Both the position numbers and the translations under genes were made by a program. A DNA stretch of 64,000 nucleotides from Callorhinchus milii. Lineage: Eukaryota. This document shows positions 44,106 through 58,800 of the stretch, in pieces. The DNA lies in assembly GCF_018977255.1 (NCBI RefSeq), contig NW_024704742.1, forward strand, positions 18,478,001 through 18,542,000. Reading direction: 5' to 3'. The notes under the pieces were generated by a model that did no database searches, had not been told where the DNA came from, and worked only from the letters and a program-made list of their open reading frames with translations. Within the stretch, counting starts at the first letter, position 1, and the number at the start of each line of letters is the position of its first letter.

Positions 44106-46089
44106 CCTTATTGTTTTCTGGTCCTCCTGGGCCAGAGACTCCTTCCTTCAGCTCCAGGTGAGGGCGCTTTGGGGATTTGTCACCCTTTTTATTGGGTAAC
44201 ATATCAAATTCAAAGATTATTATTTTCTATTTTAATTAATCATCAATAAATACCCACTTATATTAAATGAATTTCAATGTATAACTATGTCCTGCATGTA
44301 CTAGGAATTCTCTCACTAAACATAATGCAACGAGCCATGAATTGTCTCATTGACAATTGCTGCTCAGTTTGAGAAGCTGGAGATTGTTTCACATTGAAAT
44401 GAACATGTAATCCCACAAATGGTCACAGGGAGGCAGCAGCATCCCTGTTAATGTTCTGCAGGATCTCTCCATTCACTACATATTTACTTCAAGCATCATC
44501 TAATGTTATTGTATTCATAAAACGGTGCAATTACTGCTGCAATCTACTTTTTTAAATTTGGTTTTGTTTATGTGAGCTTCCTTTCAAAATTAATCTGCAT
44601 CAACGATAGATCCACATCAATGATGCCTTTATCAACTTATTTTTAATTTTTGAATAAAGGGCCATTGAGAGCTGATATTTGTTTATCCATGGGATAAAAA
44701 CACTTGAATTACGTCATAAGATCATAAGGTAGTCCTCATGAAAATAACTTTGCCTCCATCAAAACGTTTGAAAATAATGCGTTATGAATCACATTAACTT
44801 GAATTTGAACAGGGTTCATAACGACTGGGAAATAAGCCTGTATGCATGAAAAATTAGTACTTGTTGCTTGAAAACTCATTTTAATGACAGTTCCTTCATC
44901 CTGGCCGCTTGGTTGCAATGTTACTTTGCTTGTACTTAATTTTTCCCCCAAAAAAGTAATTTGGATTTTGTGGGCCAATTTCAGTCAATGGCTTCAGCCC
45001 CATTTATCTTCTGGCAGTGATGCCTGGACTCAGTAATTGTTTTAGCAACTGAAGCCTGTGATGCCTCCATCCTGTAATCTGTGCTGGCATGATTGTGAAA
45101 AGCCTAAAATTCAGGGATCGTTCTTCTCCCACTGCACTGCTTCGATCTGCTGTTATCACACACCTGTTTTCACAAGGGGAAACCCTGCCATGAACCCATG
45201 TGGTCTGATATTACATTATTGCCTGCTTGGCTGCTCAACACTAATTGGATTTGACAGGAAGGGCTCTGGTAAGCAGACTGGAAATGTGAATTTAATGCTG
45301 CCTGCTGAAAAATCCCAGCACAAAACATTCAGAAGAATACTGAACAGTTTATGCTGTTCTCTCTTTCTATAATATATTTTTCTAAAACATATTTTATCAT
45401 TTGATTTTAGGAAAGCACAGAATAACTTGCTTTATAAAATGTTGCAAAAAAAAAACAGCTTTTAGCCTTGTCCCCTAATATAGGCTGAAGCATGAATTTC
45501 GCAGGGGAATTTTTATCACTTAAAAAAAACTAATAACCAGCAAATGGGCAGATTAGGATAATTTTTTTCAGGCACACAGTAGTTAGGATGTGGACTATCT
45601 TGCCAACAGCAATGGTTGAGGCAGAATCCTTATTAGCCTTAAGAATCCATCTTGGAACTCGATAAATACCTTAAAAAGAGTCAAATAAGATACTGAAGAT
45701 TGATGCCATCTATTGAAAGTCATTGCTGACAACTACTAGTGCATGTAACCTGCCCTGTCATGTTACCTACCTGGCTTCAGACTTATATCTAAGTGTTAGG
45801 ATTTTGTTAGTCAGCAGGGAGCTACATTTTCTGTCATGATTTTCTCTTGTTCTCTCCTTCTTTTGCAAATTGAATTTGTGTTCGTTATTGCAGCAGCCTA
45901 ATCTCTGCAGGATTCAAAAGTAAAAGAAGAAAGAACTTGCATTTATATAACATGTTATTGTGTTGAAATGTCTCAAAGCATTTTATAAGTAATTGCTGCC
46001 AACTATGCTGACAATTTTGTGAAGAAATGCAGAGGGCAATTTCTCCAGCAAGGTCCCACAAGCAGTCATGAAGTGAAGGATCAATTAAT

Positions 46090-46482
46090 AATAATAATGC
46101 TTGCATTGTATAAAGCCCCTTATTACATCAAAATGTCTTAAATTGCTTCACAGTTATTCTGTTAAGTACAGTGACTGTATTTTGTAGGCCACTATGGCAC
46201 ACAGCAATGTCCAACAAACAGGCAGGAGATGAATGATTAATTTACCTGGAAGACTGTTGTCCAGGACAAACTTCCCTTTTGAATAGTCATGGGTTTCTTA
46301 GTGTTCAGCTGAACTGGCAGACAAGTTCTTGGTTTAACTTCTCATCCGAAGGATGGCACCTCCAACAATGGAACGCACTCTCATTAGTAAACTGAAGTAT
46401 CAGCCAAGATTATGTGCTTCCCAACTCAGGTTTTGAACCACCATCATCTGACTCAGAGGTGAGAGCACTGATCCAGGCTGAT
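46090..46482 (-). mobile_element. Deu-domain SINE
   Basis: Head remnant tctgactcagaggtgagagcac, Deu body and tail. Confidence 0.7.
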
Positions 46483-46969
46483 ATCTGGAGGATTGAAGAA
46501 CTCACTCCTATTAAAGCTGTGATTTATGAGTCAGAAGGTAAATATGTGATCTGGTTCAGGAAGCCTGAATTGAGAACGTGGTTAGTATGGGAGAAAGGGA
46601 TCCATTCCCTGTACATCCAGGTAACGCATATTCAATATTAAAGCAAACTTTAAATTTAGACCACTTATTAGATTCCATGGAGGCTGAAAGAAAATGTGTA
46701 AATGAAATTACTGAGAACATTTGCAATAGGCTGACAACAATCCAGCTTGCATATAAAATGGATTGAATAGATGCTTTAAGAAACTGTCTCTGAACACATT
46801 GTTTGATACTCTGCTTTTCATGTTTTGAAAAATTAAGTCTGTAAATTATGCCAGTTGTGAAAAGAATATCAATTACAAATAATGTTCACAGACTGATGGG
46901 ATCAAAATTCCTAGATACATTTCATTCCTTAATTATTCCCAGTGAGAAATGGATTATTTAGACAGTTGG

Positions 46970-47350
46970 GGGCATTCTCTCTTCTGAATCAGAAGGTTAT
47001 GGGTGGAGTCCCTACGTCAACACTTTGAAACTTCAATACAGTCCTGGAGGTGTAATGCCGAAGGTGCTGTCCATTGGATGACATTAAATCAAGGTTCTGT
47101 CAGCCTGTTCAGATGGATATTAAAAATCCTATGGCACTATTTCAAAAGAAAAGGGAATTTCTCCCAGTGTATTGGCCAACAATCTCCCAGATAAAATTGG
47201 TCATTGACTTCCTGGCTGTTTGTGGGACCCTGCTATGTGCAAATTAGCTGCTGTGTTTGCTGACAAAATTATACAGTAATATCCTGTGAAGCACTTTGAG
47301 ACAATTTTTCAATGTGAAAAGCGCTATATCAAATGGAAAGATTATTATTA
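46970..47350 (+). mobile_element. Deu-domain SINE
   Basis: ctgaatcagaagg head...gcctgttcagatggatattaaaaatcctatggcactatttc...gtgaaaagcgctatatcaaat tail. Confidence 0.75.
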
Positions 47351-47809
47351 ACATTGATCCTAATGTTATGATCCTATGGGATGCCAGTACTATTGTCCCA
47401 CAGGATGTGTTTTGCAGTTTTGTAACAGGAAAACCTGAATATACATGTATTGAAAAGATATTAGGTCTGTAAATTAAACCAATGGGAAATGTGAGCAGTT
47501 ATAATCGCACACAAAGAATTTATTCATTAGTATTGCAGGCTGTGGGTTGCAAACAAGTCTACGATAATTACAAAGTGACATGTCTCTGGCAGAAAATCAG
47601 TAGTTAAGCTGTGAGCTCAGGTTCTGAATATCAATGACAAATGGATAACCTCTCAGGACTCTCCCTCGCCATGGCTCATTACTTTAGCCACATTAGTTAA
47701 GTTTGTTCATCTTTCTGGGTGCTGTCCCTAGAGATGCAGCAACCACAGTAAACTGGAATCACAGAGTCGGTGTCCATCGGGAACATCACCTAAATATTTA
47801 ATGCACTGA

Positions 47810-48567
47810 TGTGCTTACTTCTCACACCGTCTCCACTTCATCTCCACAAACGGCTTCTCCTCTAGACCCCGCACCATCTCGTGCAGAGTTCCTCAGTGCT
47901 CTGTCCTTGGTCCCCTCCTCCTCAACATCTTTATGCTCCTTCTTGGTGATATCATCCGTAGACATGGGGTCAACTTCCACATGTATGCAGATGACACCCA
48001 AGCAAACCTCTCTGCTCTGCCTCAACCCTTGACTCCAGGACCACTGCTGTGCTGACAGAATATCTGTCAGACATCAAGTCCTGGATGAGAGCTAACTTTC
48101 TATAATTGAATGTCAACAATACCAAGGCTTTCCTATTGGCTTCCCTCAGGGCATCCACACCTCAGGGACTGACGGGAGCCAATCCGGAACCTTGGCTTCT
48201 TGTTTGGCCCTCAACTGTCCTTTCTACCCCACATCTATGCCATGACAGGCTCAGCCTTTCCCACCTCCACAACACCGCCCGGCTCCGCCAGTGTCTCACA
48301 CCGCAGGCCGCCGAGACCTTCATACACACATTCATAACATCCAGGCTCGACTACTCAAGTCTACCTCACCCCCTCCCTTACCTCCTTCAAGACCCGTCTC
48401 AAGACCCTTCTCTTCGACTGTGCCTTTGTACCCTTCTTCCCACCTTGACCTCCACCCTCCTCGATCCCGACCCTCAGCTCGGGTCTGAAACATTGATTGT
48501 CCAGCACCTTGGGATGTCCTCCCGACGTAAAAGGCGCTCTACAAATATAATCTTGTTGTTGTTGTTG
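47810..48567 (+). mobile_element. L2 LINE, internally deleted fragment (RT to tail)
   Basis: HGVNFHMYADDT-type region, AAETFIHTFITSRLDYS, and tail type A. Confidence 0.85.
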
Positions 48568-50994
48568 CTGCTGCATTACATTACAGAGATAGATACACAA
48601 ATTAAGCAACTGGTGTAGTTACATTTGTTGTCTTTTATGATTGATGGGTTCTAACCACATTTTATTAGTGATTGTATTGATCAACTCCAAATGACAATGC
48701 TCTTGTCTTGGTGACAGAGAGAAGGGAGTTTCTCTCAGTGGCCTGGCCAACAATCCCCCATTAAAACTGTTCATTCACTATTCATTCATTATTCTAAATT
48801 ATGTGAGTTCAAAGAATTAACATTTTGGGGTAAAAGTTGAGGTGTTCAATAATTTTACACTGGAGTTGATTATTGTAGCAATTAATGGTATTACAGCAGG
48901 TTACAAGATTAGTATGAAACTAGGAATGTTAGTTCGCACTAAATGAATTAATGTTGGCGTAATATTACTGAGCACTACAAAATGTATTTCAATCGAGTCT
49001 GACATGCAGAACCAAACCCAAAAAGGATGCTTGAGTTAATTTGCCCAGTCTATGTGTGTTTTTTTAATCAAGTAAACAAAGTTCTGATTCAAATGCTGAG
49101 TGTTATACAATGAGAAATCCATTGTCAGCCCACATCACTAAGTTTGGTACATTTACCAACCAGAATAACCTCTAAAGTGTTGTGTTTGTATGTAATTACA
49201 AAGGTTGGAAATCATATTGGCCCATTATTGTGTGTACTGGATGATCAGCATGGAAACAATACTAAAATAACAATGTGTTTTGAATGGGATATCAGGGGAA
49301 ATAAAGTGCAGATCCTGATTATCAGTTCTGACTTCTAAGATAATAAGACAAAACAAGAAGAAGCTGTTGGTTTATCTTGACTCTTTCGCACAGACCAGCT
49401 GTTGTAAATCTATTCTTACTATTTAAAGAAATGCAAAATAAATATATTTTAAAAACAGTACTAGACTTCTGTATTGGTCATATAAAATTTTTAATGTTAC
49501 CATAATCCATCAACAACAAATTCCTGCATTTATGTAGCGCCCTTCATGTGGGTAGAGTCTCAGAATGCACTACAGCAGTGTGGCTTGATGCTGAGCCAGC
49601 GTGAGTTATTCCTATGAGCCTCTGGACATGCAGGTGTTATCTATCATAAAAGAAAATAATCTCTTTACCCAGTACAAAATAATGTAAAATAGTTTATTTG
49701 GAATAATCAAATACAAATCTTGTTACAGGTGTACGTATTTTGTCGGTTAATACATGCCTTACAATATCTAAAGAGGAGTGGAATAGCTATTACAATGACC
49801 ACCACAGTACTCGAGACCGAGCTGTAGTAGCATAACTCATTAAAAGAATAACAATCAGAAAATTAAGTCATTCTTCATCACACTCCTTTCTTCAACAACA
49901 ACAACAACTTCCATTTATATAGCACCCCTCATGCAGGGTAGGTTGACAGTGGCGGAGCATGGGGGAGGTGACTGTAGGTACGGTCAAACAGGAAGGTCTT
50001 CAGGCGCGACCTGAAGATGGGAAGGAAGGGGCAAGGTGGGGGGATAGAGGAAGAGTGTTCCAGAGTTCATGAAACAGTCAAACAGAGAAGCATTATGTGG
50101 CACGGAGAGGAAAGATCAACATCATTGGGCTGCTTGTTGTTAAATATATTTGCATTCCACAGTGTCAAACAAAGACACTTTTACTCTGGAGAAATGTAAA
50201 TGAAGTTTACCTCATGCAAGGATATCTTTCACATTAGTTCTCTCAACCTAAACTTCCCTACTGTACCAATTTACCTTTTCTGACTTTCTTTCATTGGCCT
50301 ACATGGCTATTTTTCACACTTCCTGCACAGAATAATAACTGGAGAATTCTGAAAGAAAAAAAGAATGAAAGCTGAAATCAAGGCACAGGGAGTTGTTCGA
50401 GCCCCTTTGCATTATCGCACTCTTCAGCAAAAAAAATCTGATCTTTTCAATCGAGAGGCGGAAAATCAGCAGAGAACACCAAATCTAAATAAAAGGAAAG
50501 TAATCAATTATTTAACTATTTTAAGGGAAAGCAAAAAAGTCTTAGGTAAAGTCTGAAGCTTGTACCTTTCTGGTTGGGATTCACATACTTCAATAAAATG
50601 TTTAAAAATTGACACCAATTACTTGCCAGCCAAGATTATGTAAACAAAGTTGCCAGACAATAAGTACAGTATGGATATTTTATTGGATTGTTTATTCTTA
50701 ATGCTACTACAAGTCTTTTAACACTAATGCATTCAACATATACATTGTTAATTTTGAATTTACGCTCGTCCAGCACCTTGACCCGGTGCCACAACACAAT
50801 ATCAACAGTCTCACCTCCCGGTTACGGCGACCAACACCACAGTTTGGAACCGAACACAACTGGCATGACCCTCAGGCCCTGAAATTACATTTCAGATGTA
50901 GCTGATGGCTATCATACCTTGCAGCCTCTTTAACCCTGAATATTCCCCAACTCTGTCCTTTATCTTGCGCTGGTACGGAGGTCAGCCTCTGGAA

Positions 50995-51337
50995 TCCGGT
51001 TCAAGATCCTGGTCCTCACCTACAAAGCCCTCCATGACCTCGCCCCACCTTACTTCTGCGACTTCCTAACCCCCTACCAACCCACCCACTCCCTCCGCTC
51101 AGCCACTCTACCTCCAATCTCTGGAATTGCATCCCCCAATCACTCCACCTCGCCCCCTCCTTAGCCTCCTTCAAGTCCTGCCTCAAAACCCTCCTCTTCG
51201 ACCATGCCATCGGCCAACCCCCTTCCCCTCCCTTCTCCCCCCCTGACCGCAGCTCGGGACTGAAATACTGTACACTGTCTAGCACCTTGGGACGTCCTCC
51301 CGACGTGAAAGGCGTTATACAAATATAATGTTGTTGT
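50995..51337 (+). mobile_element. L2 LINE 3' fragment (tail type A)
   Basis: ttcaagatcctggtcctcacctacaaagcc...gggacgtcctcccgacgtgaaaggcg...gttgttg. Confidence 0.88.
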
Positions 51338-52019
51338 TTCCTATCTTGTTGGCTAGTGATCTTTCCCTTCTTAATCCTGCTATCTGGTGTGAAACCTTTT
51401 TTCTGCTCAGTATTCCTACTCTAGTTAACCTACTTATTCTAAACAATAATCTTGTGTCTATCATTCTTTCCTTATCAATCAGAAGAGTGGTTCTCAAGCA
51501 CCCCATTTTTTCTTATCTCTGGTACTTAGCTCTGTCTTACCCCAGGATCCTTGTAGATCTTGGGATGTCTTCTCACCATTTTTAAGTTGATTAATTCAAT
51601 GTATCTCTTTGTCCTTTCTTTTGACATATTTATCTTGGCTGGTGCTAGCTGGTCTACCTATCCTGCTGACTTGGCTCCCCTGTGTGGCCTTGTGGTGTTT
51701 TCCTGTCTTGACCCTTTCCAAGCTCCTTCATACTGTACCCCATCATCCTCTACACTCTTAATACCCATAAATCTATAACATATTTGGGACAACCTAACAA
51801 TCTGGATATTATGAGTTTAATATCACAATGATCCATTCCAGCCTTTGCCCGAGGAGTGGGATGAGGTGGTGGGTTTGACGAGTATTTTCTAACTCCAGAT
51901 TTTCTTATGTTCTTATACCCTGGGAATTGTCAATGTAGGTATTGGCAACAAAGATATCTGAAGGATTTGTCATTTACTTTGACCTTTTAAAGGAGATCAG
52001 AGTCTAAATTGTACTATTT

Positions 52020-52414
52020 CATTAATAATAATGCTTGCAGGATTTACTGTAGAGTGTAGTGACTGTGTAATATGTAAGCAAACACGGGAGCTAATTTGTG
52101 CACAACAATATCCCACAAAAAGTCATGAAGTGAAGGATTAATTTAATCTGGAGAACTGTTGGACGACACGAGGAGAAACTCCCTTTCCCTTTTAGAATAG
52201 CCTCATGAAATCTTTTAACGTCCCCCTGAACAGGTAGGTGGGACCTCAGTTTAATGTCTCATCCATAAGATAGCACCTCCCACAGTACAGTGCTCTCCAG
52301 CTGTTTTGGAGTCTCAGCCTGGACTATATGAGCTCAAAGACCCATCATGGGTGCTTGAATCCACAAGCTTCTGACTCAGAATTGAGGGCGCTACCAACTG
52401 AGCCAGGCTGACAT
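52020..52414 (-). mobile_element. Deu-domain SINE, near full length
   Basis: Head tgtcagcctggctcagttggtagcgccctc...ctgagtcagaag, followed by a Deu body. Confidence 0.8.
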
Positions 52415-52896
52415 CAGAGGAATCTGAATAGTGCAAATGGGGACTCTTCCCAATAATCCAAAATGCACCACACTAACAATGCAGTAACGTCACTCCAATA
52501 CAATCTTTCCAGAGCAGATGAAAGGCGATTTCGGCGTGATTCCTTGTTAAAGAATCCTAGGATGAAAAATGTGACATTTCGCATGATAATAAATCTCATT
52601 GATAATTATCATTGGTGAAAATTTTCACAGCACAGAACAATTGAAATTTTTAGTAATAACTTTAATAATTGACTATGGTTAAGGCAAAGACACCGGATTC
52701 ATTTAAAAAACAGCTTGATGCTTTGATGGGAGGAGGGCAGGGTGGGTATTCTAGTTGAGATCAGATGGGCTGAAAGTCTAGTGTCCTGGCCTCAGCTACT
52801 CTTTCTAGGAACCTGTTCCAGTCGTTAATTATCCTTTAGGTAGAGAAACACTTCCTGGTGTGGTCCTGAAACTCCCCTTTGCAATTCTAGACCTAA

Positions 52897-53260
52897 GTGG
52901 AGTGCTGTAGTTCAGTGCAAGAGCATTCGCCTCGCACGTGAGAGACCTGGGTTCGATTCCCAGCAGGGTGAAATGTTGGGCAAGCTTCCTTACTCCAAAC
53001 GCCTCTGTTTACTTAGCAATAAGTGGAACATGGTTGTTAGTCAATTGGTGGATCACTTTTCCGGAGGTAATAATTCTTTCAAAAAACATAATAATTTGGT
53101 CACTCAATCCATAACTGTTTGTGGGACACTGTTGCATGCAATTGGCTGCCCTGTTTGCCCACAAAATATATAGTCAATTCACTTTATATTCTGTGATGCA
53201 CTTCGAGGTGTCTCGAAGATGGGATAAGGTGCTATATCAAATGCAAGGATTATTATTATT
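52897..53260 (+). mobile_element. tRNA-Ala-headed SINE, long subtype
   Basis: gtggagtgctgtagttcagtg...gggttcgattccc...gcaaggattattattatt. Confidence 0.88.
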
Positions 53261-55548
53261 AAGTCCTCTTGTTCTAGTGTCTTGATGAATCCTAACATAT
53301 TGTTTTGGGTTTACTTTTCCAATCTCATTTAAAATGTATCCACCCTGTAAGGTGCCCAATGAGACATTTCCTGTCAAGCCTGAAGAAGTGTAGTAATTAT
53401 AATTTTAATTATAACATTCACCTATGAAATACACATTGCTGTAAATCCTGTGCGGCACTTTGAGACATCCTCCTGCTGTGAAAGTGGCTATATCAAATGC
53501 AAGGATTATTATTTTTATTTAATTCTCACTGGTGATAATTATCATATATCGCATTTTTTATCAATTCTTTGCTGTGTCCACAATGTGCCTGAGCAGATAG
53601 GGCTGCAGCTGTTAAGTCAGCAGTCCACAGATACCACAGCATAATAATTATAATTCAGACATGCAACACAAACCTGTAAAAGATGTAACATATAAAATAG
53701 TTTGTAGGTTATAAAAAACAGAGCAATTACTATTTGTTTCAGTGAGGCAAACAATGCTGGGTGATAGCCTAGAAGATAGGCTTTCTTTTGTCCCCTAGTT
53801 GTCCAGCTTTGGATAGCTCATTAAGATCCTCATCTTCCACCATGCTTATGCTCTCCTTTCTCCCCAGCTCGGCATCAAACAGCGCCATTGTTAAGCACTC
53901 TGAGACACTACCCTACGTGAAGGGCGCTATATAAATGCAAGGTGTTGTTTCTGTGTGAGCATGTATTCACATTTAAAATACGGAGACAACTGGTTTCACC
54001 ATGCTTGTTCTAAAGTGATAACAATTGTCATTTGTGCTAATTATCACATAATAATCCCTCAAGAAAAAAATAAGAATAATTTGGTCACTCAATTGATGAC
54101 TGTTTATGGGACACTGCTGTGCCCAATTGGCTGTCATGTTTTGTCCACAAATACACAGTCAATTCACTTTACAGTATATTCTGTGAAGCGTTTTGAGACG
54201 TCTCGAAGGTATGAAAAGCACGATATCAAATGCAAGGATTTTTTTTTATTTATCGCATTTTCTATCAATTCCTTGCTACGAGTGACAATACAAGACCACA
54301 ATGTGAGTGAACGAGGAGGCCTGGACCCTCTCTTCTCCTCCCCCCCCCCCCCCCCACCATAAAAAATACTACAGAATCGGAACTCTATCTACTCACAAAC
54401 AAAAAACACATTCTCAAAAAACAAAACACATTCTGGGTGGGAACTCAGTCTAATCATTCTAATTTACACCCAAAAAGTCATACAGAAAAGGTTTTGGAAA
54501 TAAAAATACTATAATTCAAAATCATAGTCTGTGCAGAACAATGTTCGAGCTCTTACAGATGCAGGATTTGAGGCTGAACAAATGCAGCTAGTTTCCATGG
54601 AAACAAAAGTGCAGAGCCGTCATCGTAATATCATAAAAGCTTTTAGTGTCATGACCTGAGGTATTGGATCTATTTTTAGATTGATAGTTTAATATTATAT
54701 TGCTTCTATAAGGCAACATTTAATTGTGTTCCTGAAAGCCTAATGTTATTATTGCGCACTGTAATTCAAGTAAGCCTCTAATTCAATGTTCGGCTGCTCT
54801 CTCTCTCTTAAATAATGACTGTAGGCCATTTATATATTTTGTATGGTTGAAATAGCTCCCTATTGCCACATTACTAACAGCACAAAATCATTTAATTGGA
54901 CTCTGGAGAGGCTGCCTTATTAATATATACATTACTGTGCATAAAGACATGTCTGGCACATTGTGGGGACAAAAGCAGAGAAGAAAAGCTTATCCTCGTC
55001 TGGATCAGGCTTTAGCATCTTGCAGCACACACTTCGTTTGGTAAAGTTGAATAAAATAGTAGTCAAACCTGTCTTCAACAACCATCAGGGGAATGTGCCT
55101 AAATGGCCTTTATATAAGGTTGGCCTCTGAGTAAAGATTTATTGGTATGCAAAACGAGCTGTCCTGGTTGTTCCAGCATGGTTGTTAACATAGGGTGGTT
55201 GCTGAATGAAGGTGCTTGTCTGAACAGCTTTGATGGTGATAATAATCCTTTCATTTGCTATAGCACTTTTCATGTCAAGAGGACATCTCAAAGTGATGTA
55301 CTGTAAAGTGCAGTGACTGTGTGTTTTGTTGGGAAATGTGGCAACCAATTTGCGCACAACAATGCCCCTCAACAGCCTTGAAGTGATTGACCAATTTTGT
55401 TTGGTTTAAACTATATTAGTTGTCTCCATATTTTGAATGTGGTACCCTTTCACTGGGAAAGAATGCAAACAAATCAGCACTGTTTGCCTCACTGAAACAA
55501 ATAATGGCTATTTTTTTTGGCCAACAAACTATTTTTTATATTACAGCT

Positions 55549-55873
55549 TAATAATAATAATAATAATCCTTGCATTTGATATAGCGCTTTTCACTTCGGG
55601 TGGACGTCCCAAAGCGCTTCACAGAACACACTGTAAAGTGAATTGACTGTATATTTGTGGGCGAACGCGGCAGCCAATTGCGCACAGCAATGTCCCACAA
55701 ACAGTCGTAGATTGAAAATGACCAATTTATTATTGTTTTTTGTTTTGGAGGGATTATTATTAGGCTCTGTGTGGAGTAAGGAAACTTGTCCAAGGTTTCG
55801 CCCTGCCTGGAATTAAACTCAGGTCTCTCGCTTGCAAAGCGAGTGCTCTAACCACTGAGCTACAGGACTCCGC
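55549..55873 (-). mobile_element. Young full-length tRNA-Ala SINE, short subtype
   Basis: gcggagtcctgtagctcagtggttagagcactcgctttgcaagcgagagacc...; flanked by a (GC)TTAA duplication. Confidence 0.92.
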
Positions 55874-58800
55874 TTAAACACATTTTATGTTGTGTGACTG
55901 AATTATAATTATTGTGCTCTGTTATCTGTGGATGGATTGGGTGGAGAGACCATAGTCTAGGAATATAGGAATTCCTAGATGAAATGAGGTCCATCTAGTC
56001 TGCTTTTTACCATCGCGTGAAACAATAATGGAGATGTTAATAGTAATTAACTCTGTATGGATTAGTCTACCATCACATTGGAAAGCTTTGGGAAGGTATG
56101 ATTCAAAGTTGCCTAATTTTCCAAGCATACTACACTTGTCATGTGTAGGCTGACCATATGTTGCCAATTTCCAGAGATGGTCCGCAGATGAGCTATTATG
56201 TCCCTGATCAAACCTCCCCGATCTTGAGTTCAGCAACAAACTAAGCAAGAACAATACAATTCTAAAACAGATACACTCATTAGAGAAATACACCCATTAA
56301 TCCAACAAGGCTCTCCAGTAACTGCCAGCATCAGGAACTCTTGTGATTTAATTTTTTTTTAATATATGTATCCCTGGATTTGATTTACAAAGTATGGTCA
56401 CCCTATGAATAGGCACACTTGATGATTCAAGATTTCAGGACACTTTTAAAGTTAGATAGGGAAGTGGTGTATGGAGGGAATGGAATTACAGCTTTGCAGT
56501 CGATGGTGGAGCAGAGGTAATGAAGAACGGGCAACAGGCCTGAGTTTGTTGATCAGAGGAGGGAAGTATGAGATAAGGTTGGAGAAGGTAATAGAGATGG
56601 CAAGGAGGGACGAGGGTGTAGAGGAATTTGTATGTGAGAGTGACGTTCTTGACGTTGATTTTTCTGGGAGTGGGGCTTGGTGAGCATGCACGTCCTCACC
56701 TCCAGTGAGACCAATCTATATGGATACATACTCCACCTCATGGAACCAATGCAGAATTCAATGGCTTGTTTGACTCTCAGCTGCCCTTTGTACCCCACAT
56801 CCTGGGTTCTGATCTGTTCAGTTTTCACCCACCTCTGCCACATTGCTTGCCTCTACTACAACTCTCTCCTTCAGATGCTGAGACCCTTATCCATGCTTTC
56901 ATCCCATCTAGATTAGAATACCCCAACTCTCTGCTCACTGGACATCCCAATTCTTCCCTTCGAAGGCTGCAGACCATCCAGTATTCTGCAGATCATGTCC
57001 TCATGTCCTCTCCCTTCTAAGGTAGGCAAGAAGCAGTAAAGTTTTCTATAATCAATGTTTATAAATGTTGTACAGCTCTTTCTCACAGAGAACATAGCAA
57101 ACCTTCTGGTAAAGTTATAAGCAGATCTAGGGTTGGGAAGGGGGTAAATGTTGAATCATTAAGTTGAGGGAAATTAATTATGTCTTTACTATATGCATCC
57201 AACATGTGCATATAGTAAAGACTATATATAGTAAAGAAAATCTGAGATCAAATGATACTCCTAGATCAGGTGCAGTGATCATTGATCATCAAAGCACTGG
57301 TTGGCCAAATGCTTTGGAAAATGCTCCTACATTTGTCTGCAGACAACAAATCAGTGGCAGGTACGAGTTGAACGCTGTTGCAAAGTCAATGGGATGGAGC
57401 TGATAACATTCATGAGGCTGTCAGAGATAAAAGAGAGAGAAAAAATAAAAAAGGCTGGCTGAACATCAGTGAATGGAACATAGATAAGGAGATCTGTGAG
57501 AGCAAGCAGCTCCAGAAGGACGGAAGGCATAAACAGGCAAGATTCTAGACCATGCGGTGAAAATCTGTGTGCTTGAATCTTGGTTGGAGATTTGAAATTA
57601 TGTTGTACACTTTCAGCATAAAGAGACATGATAGAGGCTGAAAATAGTGGAGAAATGTTTGAAATAAAGGAATGTGTTAAAAAATTACTTTGAAAAAGTT
57701 ATTAGATTTAAAAGAGTTTTCTTACCAAATGGAAGTCTGTGTGAATCTATTATTGTTCACTAGAGAATATTTCTAACTATATCAGATTCACACAGTACTT
57801 GGCAAGATTACTCACAGAAAGATGTCTTGTCCAAACAATTCAATCGCAGTGCTGCATTCATTGCACCAAGGCTGGAGATATCGCAGTCAGAACTATTATT
57901 ATATGAGATTTCTGAATCTATTGTAAAGCACCTGTTAGGAATATACAGACAGGAGCCAGTGCCTTGGAATGTCCTCTTGACATGAAAAGCACTTTACAAA
58001 TGTAATTTTGTCATTGTTGTTGTTGTTTTCTGGACCCAATAAAGCTGCCAATGCAGCAGGTTTTGTGACAGATATTACTATTTTGCAAAGGAAGGGCCAA
58101 AGCGGGCTATTATCGCAAAATGATGAGCCAGGGGTCACCCAAAGAGAAAAGCAATGGTAATCTGTGACTGTGTTTGAGTTTTAAATACTGCACAAAAGTG
58201 ACCAAAATGAGAAATCATATTGCTTTAATAGGAAGAGGCACTTAAAGCACTTTCCCTACTATTGGAAAATTTCCATGGTACACGCTGTACATGTTTGTAA
58301 CCAGCAGCAGCCATTGGTGCTGCACAGAAGTTGGAGGTGCTTGGTTTCAATGCATCCTTTGGATCAGCAACCATACATCCAAACACAGTACCTTGGTGGT
58401 GAGCCCCACTTTGCTATCTACCTTTGTCATGTTGAGAAAAACCTACACAGGACAACCTGCGGCTGAAGTACAACATATTACAAAATACCTGCTGTACTGG
58501 ACTACACGCATCAGCTATTCTGAGTGTGCCATGCTAACACTGAAGGGTAGAGAATGTGGATACCTTGCTGTGAGATAAATCCAGTAAACATCAGAAGATT
58601 TTATTTTGGTTAACCAGGTGTCTGACACATGCGGAAACCCATTACCATGCTTAAAACTATCCAAACCGAACAGAGTTCTTTGCATCCCACTTAAACATGG
58701 AAATTCCCGAGATAGTTGTTGAAAAGGAATGCTTACTTTCTCCCTAGTGTTGACAGTAAATCGTCAGTGAATTTGGAGGGGTATGGGGATAAGATGAGCA

